Below the pieces are notes generated by a model. That model ran no database searches, was not told the origin of the DNA, and saw only the letters and a list, made by a program, of their open reading frames with translations. Positions 21,468 to 34,911 of a stretch of 64,000 bases of DNA are shown in pieces. The translations under genes and the position numbers were made by a program. This DNA comes from Selaginella moellendorffii (Eukaryota; Plantae; Lycopodiophyta): NCBI RefSeq assembly GCF_000143415.4, contig NW_003314405.1, forward strand, positions 251,749 to 315,748, in the 5' to 3' direction. Positions within the stretch are counted from its first letter, which is position 1; each line of letters opens with the position of its first letter.

Positions 21468-22774
21468 GTTTATAGCATATTGGACATTGGTGATGAAAAA
21501 TTTATATTGTTAATTTGCACTTGCTAATGTTGAAAACCCTTGCAATATTAAGCTTAGTCTCTCAATATATTCAATAGGTGATAGATTATCAGATGTCGAC
21601 TTGGATATGGCGAGACAATGATGACCTATTCTCAATCACAGCTAGGATTTCTTTCTTTAGTGCCTTTTTGGTCTAAATGCATATATATTAATTAATTTCT
21701 TAACTAGCTTATGTGGAGATTGATAAAAAGTCTAACAATACTAACCTTTCTGCCATACAAAAAGAAAAAAAGAAAAAAATATTCAAAAAGTTTTACTAAC
21801 AGACAACTTTTGATACTATTTATGATATGTTCTCCCCCCTTTAAAAAGATTGACATTCTTGTTGATGCACACTTGAGACCATTGCCAAAGAAACAACTCT
21901 AGAAAAAAATTTATGATATTCATATTTTGTGAGAAATGTATTAACTTAAATAAGTTATATTATTGATAATCATTGCCAAATAGAATAGAATGGCATATAA
22001 TTATTAGCAATAATAATTAATTATAATATTTAATAAGGATAATTAACTATCCCAGATGATCAAGAACTAAAAGCTCAAAGAAGTTTATAACTAAATCCTA
22101 TATAATAACAATCATAAATTTCATACTGACTAATTTCAATGTTTAAAAAGAAATCATGATATAACCTATAATTTCCACCTTAGCAAATTCACAGGCTAAA
22201 ACTTCATAATGCAAAAGTTAATAAAGAGTATATCTATATTAATTTAAAAGCCATGCTCGACAAGTGATCACCAAACCATCTTTTATAAATTTTAACATGT
22301 AACACACTTTATAACAAGTGCAATGAGAATCATCAATAATCAATAATTTCAAACTCAAACCAACAAGGATCTAACAATTTAAGTATTAATCACTAATTCT
22401 TCATTTTACAAAACTAACTAATTAAGTCACTTTTCAAAGAAAAGCCAAAACTCAACCCTACTAAAAAATTTCATCTATAATATAGCTAACCCAACTTACC
22501 ACTCAATTTATTGAATGCCAGTATAATTGCTAACTAGCAAATGCATGAATATTAACAACATAAAGTTACAACCAAATCACCAATATTATCTTTGTCAAAA
22601 CTTGTGAAGCAAATTATCAATTTCCAATGAGGCTTAATTAATCACTAACTATCTGACTAATTATAGATCAAAAATTTATCTTTGGCATTATACTTATGAA
22701 GAAATATCTCATTTCACTCTAATATCAACTCTACCAATGTTAATGTCAAGGTTTTAATATTGACATAGGCATAC

Positions 22775-24156
22775 ACTTGTTGAGTTCATCAATGTAGTGC
22801 ATGTGCAGCCCAAAACATCTAAGGGCATCACAAATCTATTATTGCTTCAAACTTCTATCCACCAAAAGTAAATAGCCTCCCTAAGAAGCTAGTTTGGAAA
22901 AAACACTAGTTACTAGGTTGAGGTCTTGTTTATTAATAAAATTAACCAAACAAATCACTTCACCAACTAAGAAATTACCACCTATAGAATCAAGAAAGAG
23001 CTCTTAATGTATTAATTTTTACTATGTCTAAACTTAGTAAGTTTCTTCATCAAACCATAAGCTTCACTCCAAATAATACCCTTCCATCAATTCCTTTAAG
23101 TTTTAGCTTTGCAACTATACTCCTCTTGGAACGCAAAGACTTTGATTTTTCATGAGGTGATGGCGTTGTTATCCAAATAACATCTGCCAATCCCTAATCA
23201 TCATCATCTATGGTTAAGACTAAAATGGTATTTAATCGTATTTGAGCTCCTAACTTTCATTCTTGATTAATAAAAGCATCCTCAGCAAATGCTTAAGAAT
23301 TTCATCTCTAACAATAGAGTACAAATGCCCCCAATTGTCCCTACTAATCATTACTCATATCTTGGAGACCAACACAACAGGATCAGAGTCCTATTACATT
23401 ACTCCATACTAATGTATTTAGAGTATGAGTCTGTTTTGGGTACTTTAATTTTTTCAAAATAACATTGTCGACTCCACATTAGCCAGTAAAGATCAAATTA
23501 GCATCATTGACTCATAGAATGGGGTGACTAGTGCTTATAGGGAAACCATTCATCTTGTCCTGAGATCCAAATGAGCTTTTTAACTATAATAACATGTTAT
23601 TAGAATTAGAATTACTATAGCTATTGGCACTAGACTTGCCCTCTAATGAATCTTCCTTAAGAGATTTATATTGTACTCATTCCAATTACCAAAATTTGAA
23701 GCCCAGTATTATTATTTATTGTCAGTACCTCCCAATGTCAGAATTGGATAATTTGTGCGTTTGCTACCTTCCCTAGATGTGGTAGCTGTATCTCAAAATC
23801 AAACCCTAATTCCCTATTATATCCTACCATCAAAAGTTGATAGGGTAGAAATTTAATTTAAGTATCACTGACACGAGGACCATATGATTTGACAAGTTAT
23901 CATGAACCACTGAGAATATAAATGAGTATGCATTAGTCTTGAATCTAGTAAGTGCATCCCTTTTGAAGGTCAGGACTCTTTACACATATTATTTATAGAA
24001 TTACTATAGTTATCTGAGTAGTAAGGTACTATCAAATAAACTATTATTTATTTAATAAGCCATTCACAATTTCACAATATAAAACAATTTATATTTATAC
24101 ATTCATGGCTTAATCTTTGAGACAAGCATATGACTACTAATAAGATCAACTAAGTA
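22775..24156 (-). pseudogene. Degenerate 18S rRNA fragment, copy 2
   Basis: Collinear with copy 1; retains CTTAATCTTTGAGACAAGCATATGACTACT and CATCTAAGGGCATCACA. Confidence 0.92.
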
Positions 24157-27069
24157 GTTAATGCAAAGCACATATGTCCTAGCACCCAAAGATGCAGTAA
24201 AGGCAATGTATAACTAGCATCAACTAAGATGGCATAGTTGTAAGGTTCATATTTCAAGTGCCAAGGGGTAGCCAAAGCCCTCAATAGCTGAGTGAAGCTT
24301 ATGCACAATAAGAAAATATGCACACAGCCTTTAATCATCTTGGCTGGACTTGGACTTGACCTTGGCTATCAAATTAATAAGCCTCTACTTGAGCATCAAT
24401 CCAAAAATAATAATTGAGCTATAATGAAACCTCTTTATGATGCAATTTCATAAGGTTTCTCATGCCCTTAGATCTTACTATATTTGAAACTAACATAGTC
24501 TTGCTCATGCTTTGGATGATAAAAAATTGGATTACCTTGTGCTCACACAACTACTACCATTTTTTAACTCTCTGCTATTACTTGATTCTTATCATAAAAC
24601 ACATGCAAGTGTACTTTATCCTAGTGCTTGGTATGTTGCTACAAAAAATTCATAAACTTCTGGGACACCCACAAACAAAAAAAGTTTGTAATGAAGAACT
24701 TAAGAAAGAAAAATTAGAATTTTGTTGTGGGCATTATAGCAAATGTAGTTATAATTGACACATATACACTATACCAACTTGAAGTTTTAAAACTTTTTAT
24801 TAATTTCTTATCATTTTTTAGCCATAAGCATTTTTATATTTATTTTTTATTAATATTTTTTTATTTTTATAAAAAAAATTTATACTTCACATTTTTGCAA
24901 ACTTTAAACAATTTTAAAACTTCCACATCATATATATGATAATAATACAGACATAAGAATGAGCCAAGTAAAGGCGTGTGTCTCTCTTCATACTTGCTTT
25001 GTAGAGCTTGACTTTGTATCTCCAGGACCCTGGCTCAAAAGAATTGCGACAAGGAGCATGAGAAAGTAGCGACCTCGATCATGCCTATTTCTGGACTGGT
25101 CAAAGTATTAAGTGTTGAGAACCGGTTTGTCTCTTGACTCGAGAGTTACCTGGTTAATTTGAGTTGCATGATATAAATATATGTGAAGATCCACTTGCGC
25201 CTTACTGGGAGGATCACGTCCTTGGCATGTCCCCAAACGCTACCTTGGCTGAAGCAGACACTGCAAGGCCACAGCCATGCAGAGTATAAGATCGATAGAA
25301 ACTCTTTGAAAAAACTTAAGTAAAAAGCATCTTGCCTCTGGAGGAACTTGTCAAAGCAGCTTGAGAATTAGAAGAAAACTTTCCGGAATGAAGATTGACA
25401 CTAAAATATCAAACTGAAACCAACGTTGGAAAAGCAAGAAAGATAAAGCAAGTGTTACCTGTATGAAGTCTAGATATATTGATTCGATAGAAAATCGACA
25501 ATAAAATGATTTACAATTAGAAAATATACTAGATAGAGCTCAAAGTACCTCTAGTGTCAGTGTCTTTCTCTCACATTTTTCTTTTCTAAGGAAGAAGTTT
25601 TATCCTAGTCTGTTGTAATGCCTGAAATCCAATCCACAGATATTTGTTGATACTAGTTAAATCTAATTAACATGGTACGCTCTCACCACCACCAGCTAGC
25701 ACATATCGGACAGTATGCGTTTGGGAGCTCTTCCAGGTAGACGCTGCTATGAAATTATCTGAAAATCGAAAATCAGACGCATTCATCTCAGGCCGGACAA
25801 GGAAAGTCATGCAAGAAGAAGTGCACTGATCTAATAAGCAATGCTAAGAGAGGGGTATGATACCAGAAATTCATGGCCGTCCAAGGTATGATCAAGATCA
25901 GCTACAAGCTCGATGAAATGCCGGTGATCCTGTCCCTGCCGCTCCCTACCCTAGCTAGATCCAAAGAGAAACGCTCCTTTGGGGGTCATGAGCAATCGGA
26001 AGAAACTGAAGTTCGCGAGTATGAAGTGTTCTTATGGTTTGCAGTTCCCTGTTCTTTGTTGTTTATCAAGCTTGCAGGGAGGCCTTGCACACGACGAGTT
26101 CTTGATCATGTTCCTGCATGACAATTTTTCCCCAGCTTAATTTTCATTGTGAAGACTTGGGGATGGAGCGGAACAGAGGGGGCCCTAATCCTTGTCAAGC
26201 AACAAGGCAAACACTGTTTCGAAGACCAAAAAAACGACAGGAATGCTTCTTCTTCGTTTTTTGTTTTGGAGGGGTTCTCCTCAAAGAGGAAATCCCCAAG
26301 AGAGGGCTGGGTAGCTGGTCTTCGATCCTGCTTGTTAGTAGTTTCACACAATCGAAAATCCTACATCTAAGTGTGGGGCAGCCGGGGGCTTCGATTCCCC
26401 GACTTCCTCTCGCTTTGGCCGCCTCAACGTACTGTACAAAACAGTAGCGACAGCCCAAAACGAAAACTGAGTAGCCACGTTGAGAATGGGCACCCCACCA
26501 TTTTGATGGTTTGAGAAAAACATAACGCCTCCTCCCACGCCGCCTCCTCCCAGCGCCGCCGCCAACAGCAAAACCAGCCCCCTCAAAACTTACCCTAAAC
26601 ACTAGCCTTTAGATATATTTACACAGCATCCTAACCGTCAGATTAGCTGATCCGATGGCTGTGAATTGTTTAAATCTAAGCTAACGAAAAATGCATGGTT
26701 AAATAAAGAAACTCATTAAAGTAAATGCGATAGTAACTATTAACTCATAAAGGTTGGAGCAAAGTTAATTTTAAGGCGGATTTTTTTTTTTTTACTTTTA
26801 ATATTCCTTTTCTTTAACTTTTTAATTTCACCTAAAACACCATCTATTAAATATGGCCTCGCTGGTGGGAGCAACTGTGGTAGAGCAAGGCCTAGAGCTG
26901 GTCATAGCTGGAGGGGCATGTTGCTCCATGTCGAAGTAGAAAGAAACTGCTGATGCCTCACAAATGCCAGCTCGCAATGAAGAACAGGCGAAGGATGGAT
27001 ACGTTGCTTCCATTCGGCAGCTTTCTTCTGCCTGGTTGCAAGCTCTGTGAATGAGAATGCTCTGTGAAG

Positions 27070-28029
27070 TTACAAGATTTTCTTGATTTGTTTCATGAAT
27101 TCTTTCGTCACTAGTGTGTACGTGTGCTCTGTTGGGTGAATTAAATCCCAGAAAACATAATCACTTGGATTCCTGCACAGCCCGCTCAAGGTATTTTTGT
27201 GTGATAGGCAATTGGGGCAACAACCCCCTCCATTCTGGAATCCAAACTTATTTGGGTTCTCCACGTACGATTTGATCAGTGAATAGCCGTCAACAAATGC
27301 ACCTCTCATCCCTGGGAATTTCTTTGCCACCCCCAAAACAATCGCCCGAGCTTGCCAATTGAATTGTTCTACTAAATCGTTGATCTCTCTCACACAATTT
27401 CCATCCGACGTGACAATAGGCACACAGCCTAACGGCCCAAGGCTAGAGTAGACAATCTTCCTGAATCCATATTTATAAAGTTGCTCCAAGCCTTTCTCCA
27501 ATAACACTAGCATTGCTTCCAAGTCTACATTAGCAAGGTTTTGAAGATTTGCCGCAATGTCATTGCCACCCGAAGATATCACAACCACAAAGTCATTGAG
27601 ATTCATCATGGGGATCTTGTTGGCTAGCTGTCCAAGTTGTTTTAGCTGCTCATTAAACGACACGACACCCCAGTCTGAGTGAGTAGAATCAAGCAGTCCA
27701 CTACCGTCTGACGCAAAGTTGATGCTTAGTGGAAGTTGGCTCCCACCTTTCAAGCCCAAGAATGGTTTTGAAAAGGGCAAACCGATCACTTTGTTTATCA
27801 GATCTGGAATTAGAAACCCATCGCTACATCTTCCTGATGGCTGGTTATACCTTGTCTTCCCATACGGCACAAAATCACAACGAGAAACAGAGTTCTTCAC
27901 GTACTTGTTAGTTCCAACATCAAAGATTGAGTCTCCCATGTAGATAGTCCGAAGTTGAGGAACCGACCTCCCATACACGCACGCGCAGAGAGCCAAGATC
28001 GCAAACACCAACACTAAAATCTTCGTCAT
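27070..28029 (-). CDS. GDSL esterase/lipase, copy 3
   Basis: 319-aa ORF with intact GDS, GND and DxxHP blocks. Confidence 0.95.
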   Translation of the reverse strand: MTKILVLVFAILALCACVYGRSVPQLRTIYMGDSIFDVGTNKYVKNSVSRCDFVPYGKTRYNQPSGRCSDGFLIPDLINKVIGLPFSKPFLGLKGGSQLPLSINFASDGSGLLDSTHSDWGVVSFNEQLKQLGQLANKIPMMNLNDFVVVISSGGNDIAANLQNLANVDLEAMLVLLEKGLEQLYKYGFRKIVYSSLGPLGCVPIVTSDGNCVREINDLVEQFNWQARAIVLGVAKKFPGMRGAFVDGYSLIKSYVENPNKFGFQNGGGCCPNCLSHKNTLSGLCRNPSDYVFWDLIHPTEHTYTLVTKEFMKQIKKIL

Positions 28030-28362
28030 CTCGCCAAAACCTTCACGAGAGAACCTAATACAGAAAGCCCGTTTATATAGTGAAACGAGAAAAAGGTGAA
28101 CCTACCTTTACAGCTGCGCTTCATGCCTTTTTGGATTAGAAAGAGCCTTGAACAAGTTTTTGTCGCTCTTCTTCTTCTAGCTCGCCAGTAGATGCGATTC
28201 ACAAGGATTTCTCCATGCCACTCGCATCATTGGCTAGAACAGGGAAATGGAGCTCTCCTTTGCGCAAAGGCGAAGGATTAAGCAAGCAAAGTCAACACTC
28301 GATAACCCATAAAAATAACTCTAACGTAAAAAGGCTATAGGGCTTAGGGCTGTGCTGTGGCG

Positions 28363-30558
28363 ATGGAGGCAGTGATAGTCGAGCCGCCCCAGGATGCGAC
28401 TCCATATCGTGTGCTTGCCAGAGCTAGGGAGAGTGCAGGAGCGAGTTGTGCTAATTTTCCATGCAGCTTATCCGGACGTAAGAGATGTGCACCTCTATTC
28501 TGTACATCTCGAACTTCTCAAGTTACGCCGATCTCGACTCATGGATCACATTCGAGCATCTCTGGAGCTGTCAACATTCGGTACTCCACGAGCTCTGGAG
28601 CTCGCATTCACAAAGTAAGAGTATGTGCATTGTACTTTTCAAAAAAATATCGGTGGTTCTTTTGCAGGATGAATGAAGAGCTGCGGGCTCTGGTAGGATC
28701 ATCAGATTGCCGGGTATGTGGTAATCTCTCTTCTTGTCAGATGGATTATTGCTGTTTCTGTGAATGTTTACTTTGGTTTTATAGGATTGGTGTGCGCAAA
28801 ACAGGTCCTTGGTGGTGGTGCTTGGAGACGCGCATGTGTATGTATTTGGCCAGGCCCTTGCGTTGGTGATACTGTGCCGAAGTGGGAAGGACGAAAAGCT
28901 AACCCGTCCAAGTTCTCTCTACCGTCTCAAAAATGCTAGCCCCCCGCAAAGTAGCAGTCTACCTTTTTATTACCACAAGGTACTTACTCTTTTGTTGAAA
29001 TTTGGTATTCTGAAAGTGTGTGCACACAGGAGCGGCTGACTACGGCAGACACTTACCTAATCGTTGCGTCGAGACACCTAAATTATCACATGGATAGCGA
29101 TTTTACAAGCGTTTTCTCCACTCGGATCGACGCACTTGTGAGTATTGTATGCTTCTGATCTGCAAACAAGCTTGTAATGGGCGAACTAGTACAGGGCCTC
29201 GAGGAAGCTTGGCGCCAGATTGCCGACGTAGGGTCTGATGATTGCAGGACATTCGCAGTAGTTCCTGTTGGAGAGCTGCTGCGACAGAAAGTGGCCAATG
29301 GAGTGACTCAAGAGGTGAGTGGACAGCTACACAGCACCGCAGAGGACATAGAGGAAAACCCAGTCAATATAAATCCCGAGCCTGCGGACGAATCTGAGTC
29401 TGAAGATGAAGATGTGCCTGAAGACCCGGATGAGTCTGAAGACGAACAAGCGATGGAGTTATATGATGTTAGACCCGATGGTTTCCTTCCCCTAGGTACG
29501 TACAGTACATCAATTATAGCTATATAACCTTATTTCTGTTTTCAGTCAATGGGAACCCTCAAGTACCCGAACCATTTACCTCTTGCAAGCCCGGACCTCC
29601 CAGGGACCCCTGCATAAGAGTGATGGACCTCAAGGTTCAAATCTACCTCTCATTTTGTTTGTTTATCTGAGTTTGTGGTTTGAGATTTAGTGGCTTTTGA
29701 TCAGGAAAAGGACCTCAAGCTTGTTTGTAAAGTCGGCTCTTGCAAGTTCGTGATTAAAAACGGGGACATAAAAGAGTGGTTTGTAGACGGAAAGAATGAC
29801 GCTATTGTAGTTCCTGTTGGAGGTCAGATACACAGAGGTAAAGCAAAGGGGTGTTTGGCATTTGACATGAGCTTTTCTCTTTTCAGAAATATGTATTGCT
29901 ACTGGTTTCTTTACTGGCTTGGATATCATGTAACTGTCTTTCCTCATTTCCTTTTAAAACTTTTAACTGACTTGTTTCTCAGCCCTTCAGGAGGACTGCC
30001 AGCACCTAAAATCATTGTTATTCAAGGCCCAAAATACTACAAAGACAGGGACATGGAAGCTGCTGAGTATCTTGGTCTCACTTACAGGTATGCCAGAGTG
30101 TGTAGCAAATTTGATACATTGTGCTTTGTCTATTACAGGAACGCTATAACACTTGCTTGCAAGGAGGGCGTTAAGCACATAGCGTTCCCAGCTATCTTGT
30201 GCGGATATGGCGGGTTTGTACTCACACCTTACCTCTTGTATACTGAGTTCGCATTGTGTTTCAGGTTTCCTCTGGATAAAGCGGCAAGGATTGCTGTAGA
30301 AAGCATACAAAAGGCACTCAAAATTGCTAAAGTGTCCATTGAGGTAAGCTTCCCTGGATTAGACATGCCTTTGTTATTCTGTGTTCAAAATTGTAGGTTC
30401 ACTTTGTCATAAAGGACGAACCCACCTGGAGAGACTGGGTAGCTGCAACAGACCTCCTTGCATTTAAGGATTATGATCGTTACATATCTTGTCGGTGCAA
30501 CAGACCTCCCTTTCCAGTCACTTCTGAAGGCATTCCAACTTTTTTTAGCTGTGATTGA
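28363..30558 (+). pseudogene. PP2C-like/macrodomain fusion gene, copy 3 (2-bp deletion in exon 1)
   Basis: Reads GACTCCATATCG versus GACTCCACGTATCG in copy 2; the remaining exons are collinear. Confidence 0.72.
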
Positions 30559-30643
30559 GAATAGGTCATCATTGTCTCGCCACATCCAAGTCAACATCTG
30601 ATAATCTATCACCTATTGAATATATTGACAGACTAAGCCCAAT

Positions 30644-31275
30644 CATACTTGCATTCAAACAGGTACGATTAAAAAAAACTGCAGTTTAAAACGAGCGTAT
30701 AATACGGCGTTTAAAACGGCATTTAAACACCAAGAATATTTTAAAGAAAACCCTAAAGAATATGCTTTCTTTTACTTAGATTAGGGTTCATGTAAAATCA
30801 GGGTTCGCGGGATCCAGAAGCGCTAAGGTAAGTCCAGGATGGGGGGAGGAAGGCAGCCATGCTGGAGCTAGGCTTATGTTCTAAAACTAAGGCCGACATC
30901 TGAGACAAGCCATGAATATGCATGTCGTATAGAAGATCAAGTCCGGGAGTTTGAGGCTTATCAAGCATGATCTTGATAACCTTGAGTTTGAGCCTCAGTG
31001 GCAAAGGATCCTTGCACTTCAGGAAGTTGTTGAAGAACCTCTTCAACAACCTAATGATGACAGTGCTAGTGGTGATGATGTTCTAGATTCGGAGGATGAA
31101 GATTAGATTAAACCTATATTATATTATGTTAAACTTTGTTTAGTAACAATTAATTATTTTTTAATTATATTAAAACTGAAAACCACTATACCCATTCGAA
31201 TAAAAGCTAAACAGGTATTAAACGTTCGATACCCATTCGAATCCAGTTGAGTTCGAATGATCAGATGCAAGTATG
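30644..31275 (+). mobile_element. Non-autonomous hAT-like DNA transposon (632 bp)
   Basis: TIR CATACTTGCAT...ATGCAAGTATG; 8-bp TSD AGCCCAAT/AGCTCAAT; empty site in unit 1; internal acidic tail DLDNLEFEPQWQ...DSEDED*. Confidence 0.85.
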
Positions 31276-33005
31276 AGCTCAATATTGTAAGGGTTTTTAA
31301 CATTAGCAAGTGCAAATTAACAATATAAATTTCTTATCACCAATGTCAAATATGCTAGGCTAAATTATAATTTAGGATTTCTTTCTTTAGTGCCCTTTTG
31401 GTCTAAATGCATATATATTAATTAGTTTCTTAATTAGCTCAAGTGGAGATTGATAAAGAGTCTAATAATACTAACCTTTTTGCCATTATGACAGTAAAAG
31501 AAGAATATTCAAAAAGTCTTACTAACAGACAACTTTTGATACTATTTATGATATGTTCTCTCCCCTTTAAAAAGATTGACATTCTTATTGATGCACACTT
31601 GAGACTATTGCCAAAGGAACAACTCTAGAAAAAATTCATGATATTCATATTTTGTGAGAAATGCATTAAGTTAAATAGGTTATATTGTTGATAATCATTG
31701 CCAAATAGAATAGAATGGCATATAATTATTAGCAATAATAATTATTTATAATATTTAATAAGGATAATCAACTATCCCAGATGATCAAGAACCAAAAACT
31801 CAAAGAAGTTTATAACTAAATTCTATATAATAACAATCATAAGTGTCATACTGACTAACTTCAATGTTTAAAAAGAAATCATGATATAACCTATAATTTC
31901 CACCTTAGCAAATTCACAGGCCAAAACTTCATAATGCAAAAGCTAATAAAGAGTATATCTATATTAATTTAAAAGCCATGCTCAACAAGTGATCATGAAA
32001 CCATCTTTTATAAATTTTAACATATAACACACTTTATAACAAGTGCAATGAGAATCATCAATAATCAATAATTTCAAACTCAAACCAAAAAGGATCTAAC
32101 AAGTTTAGTATTAATCACTAATTCTTCATTTTGCAAAACTAGCTAATTAAGTCACTTTTCAAAGAAAAGGCAAAACTCAACCCTACTAAAAACTTTCATC
32201 TATAATATAGCTAACCCAACTTACCACTCAATTTATTAAATGTCAATATAATTGCTAACTAGCAAATGCATGAATATTAACAACATAAAGCTACAACCAA
32301 ATCACCAATATTATCTTTGTCAAAACTTGTGAAGCAAATTATCAATTTCCAATGAGGCTTAATTAATCACTAACTATCTGAATAATTATAGATCAAAAAT
32401 TTATCTTTTGCAATATATTTATGAAGAAATATCTCATTTCACTCTAATATCAACTCTACCAATGTTAATGTCAAGGTTTTAACATTGACATAAGCATGCA
32501 CTTGTCAAGCTCATCAATGTAATACATGTGCAGCCCAAAACATCTAAGGGCATCACAAATCTATTATTGCTTCAAACTTCTATCCACCAAAAGTAAATAG
32601 CCTCCCTAAGAAGCTAGCTTGGAGAAACACTAGTTACTAGGTTGAGGTCTAATTTGTTAATAAAATTAACCAAACAAATCACTTCACCAACTAAGAAATT
32701 ACCACCTATAGAATAAAAAAAAAGCTCTTAATGTATTAATTCTTACTATGTCTAAACTTAGTAAGTTTCTTCATCAAACCACAAGCTTCACTCCAAATAA
32801 TACCCTTCCATCAATTCCTTTAAGTTTTAGCTTTGCAACTATACTCCTCTTGGAACTCAAAGACTTTGATTTTTCATGAGGTGATGGCGTTGTCATCCAA
32901 ATAACATCTGCCAATCCCTAATCATCATCATCTATGGTTAAGACTAAAATGGTATTTAATCGTATTTGAGCTCCTAATTTTCATTCTTGATTAATAAAAG
33001 CATCA

Positions 33006-33951
33006 TGTAGTGCATGTGATCATGGGATGAGATTTGGATATACTGTCATCGTGGATCCTTGGAACCTTAGGGGATAAATGAGGATAAAATAGCCACTAAG
33101 GGCTCTCTCATTAAATAATTGCCCCTTTTCCAATTGGCTTAAGGGGAGAGAGATAAGGTGCGTTATAGTTGGTATTGGAACAAATGGCACGGGTTCGATT
33201 CCTATTGATTAGTGGTTACTTAAAAATATAATATACCCTTGAGTAAGGTATATTCTTACCCCTAAATTTGAAATTGTACATATTGGGCGTCCTTCCTCTT
33301 GTGTGAACCTCAAACGGATTTGCAAAAAAATCCAGACTTGGGTTTGCAAATCCAGACTTGGGAATCTTCATTGTGCCTCGGCCACCCCCACCCTGCCCTC
33401 TTGCATCTCAAATCTGGGAATATTTTCAGCGACTGGAATCTTCATTGTGCCTCGGCCACCCCGCCCTCTTGCATCTCAAATCTGGGAATATTTTCAACGA
33501 CTGGACGAAGTATCCATGGACGAAAGTATCCACCGTGGGACTGCAGTATGGGTGGATGACTAGTTGCCTCACATGGAATACGGCATGGAATACAGACGAA
33601 GGTATCCACCATGGGACTACGGTACGAGTGGATGACTAGTTGCCTCATATGGAATACGGACGAAAGTATCTACCGTGGGACTGCAGTACGGGAAATGGAG
33701 GTGTTGGTTCCCCTTGGCTCAATAGGGGGTTGTTAGTCAATAGTCAATAGTCAATGAGGACATTGACATCTCTAAAGGGGGGGTGAAAGGGGGGGTGAGT
33801 GTAGCACATGTGATCATGGGATGAAATTTAGATATACTGTCACCATGGATCCTTGAAACCTTTGGGGATAAAATAACCACTAAGGGCTCTTTCATTAAGC
33901 AATTGCCCCTTTTCCAGTTGACTTAAGGGGAGAGAAATAAGGTGTGCTACA
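33006..33951 (+). mobile_element. TRIM (terminal-repeat retrotransposon in miniature), 946 bp
   Basis: LTRs 33006-33167 and 33800-33951 (right LTR TGTAGCACA...TGTGCTACA); TSD CATCA/CATCC; degenerate Met PBS TGGTATTGGAAC; PPT AAAGGGGGGGTGAG; non-coding interior with tandem repeats; empty site in units 1 and 2. Confidence 0.9.
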
Positions 33952-34623
33952 CATCCTCAGCAAATGCTTAAGAATTTCATCTCTAACAATAGAGTATAAA
34001 TGCCCCTAATTGTCCCTACTAATCATTACTCATATCTTGGAGAGTACAAATGCCCCCAATTGTCCCTACTAATCATTACTCATATCTTGGAGACCAACAC
34101 AACAAGATCAGAGTCCTATTACATTATTCCATACTAATGTATTTAGAGTATGAGTCTGTTTTGAGCACTTTAATTTTTTCAAAATAACATTGTCGACTCC
34201 ACACCCTAGCCAGTAAAGATCAAATTAGCATCATTGACTCATAGAATGGGGTGACTAGTGCATACAGGGAAACCATTCATCTTGTCTTGAGATCCAAATG
34301 AGCTTTTTCAACTATAATAACATGTTATTAGAATTAGAATTACTATAGCTATTGGCACTAGACTTGCCCTCTAATGAATCTTCCTTAAGAGATTTATATT
34401 ATACTCATTCCAATTACCAAATTTTGAAAGGCCGGTATTATTATTTATTGTCAGTACCTCCCTGTCAGAATTGGATAATTCGTGCGTTTGCTACCTTCCC
34501 TGGATGTGGTAGCTATGTCTCAAAATCAAACCCTAATTCCCTATTACCTATCACCACTATGATAGCCATCAAAAGTTGATAGGGCAGAAATTTAATTTAA
34601 GTATCACTGACACGAGGACCATA

Positions 34624-34911
34624 ATGCTTTATTTCGTTAAAGTGGGACTTTTCATTATCCCACTTATGGTGTGTGGCCACATGCCATTTTTATAACAACA
34701 ATAAAAAATTGAAGTTTTAACTTTATAATTTATAAATTAAAAACTTTTCATATGATTTTGTGTTATAATATTGTGAAATATAAAAAAATAAATTAAAAAA
34801 CTGATAGAAATATTAATAAATATTAATTAAGTACTAGTAAATGGCATGTGGACACATGCTAATTAATGTCCCACTTTACTGAATAAGTCCCACTTTAACG
34901 AAATAAAGCAT
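34624..34911. mobile_element. MITE, 288 bp, perfect 27-bp TIR, 4-bp TSD CATA
   Basis: ATGCTTTATTTCGTTAAAGTGGGACTT...AAGTCCCACTTTAACGAAATAAAGCAT; empty site GACCATATGA in units 1 and 2. Confidence 0.9.
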
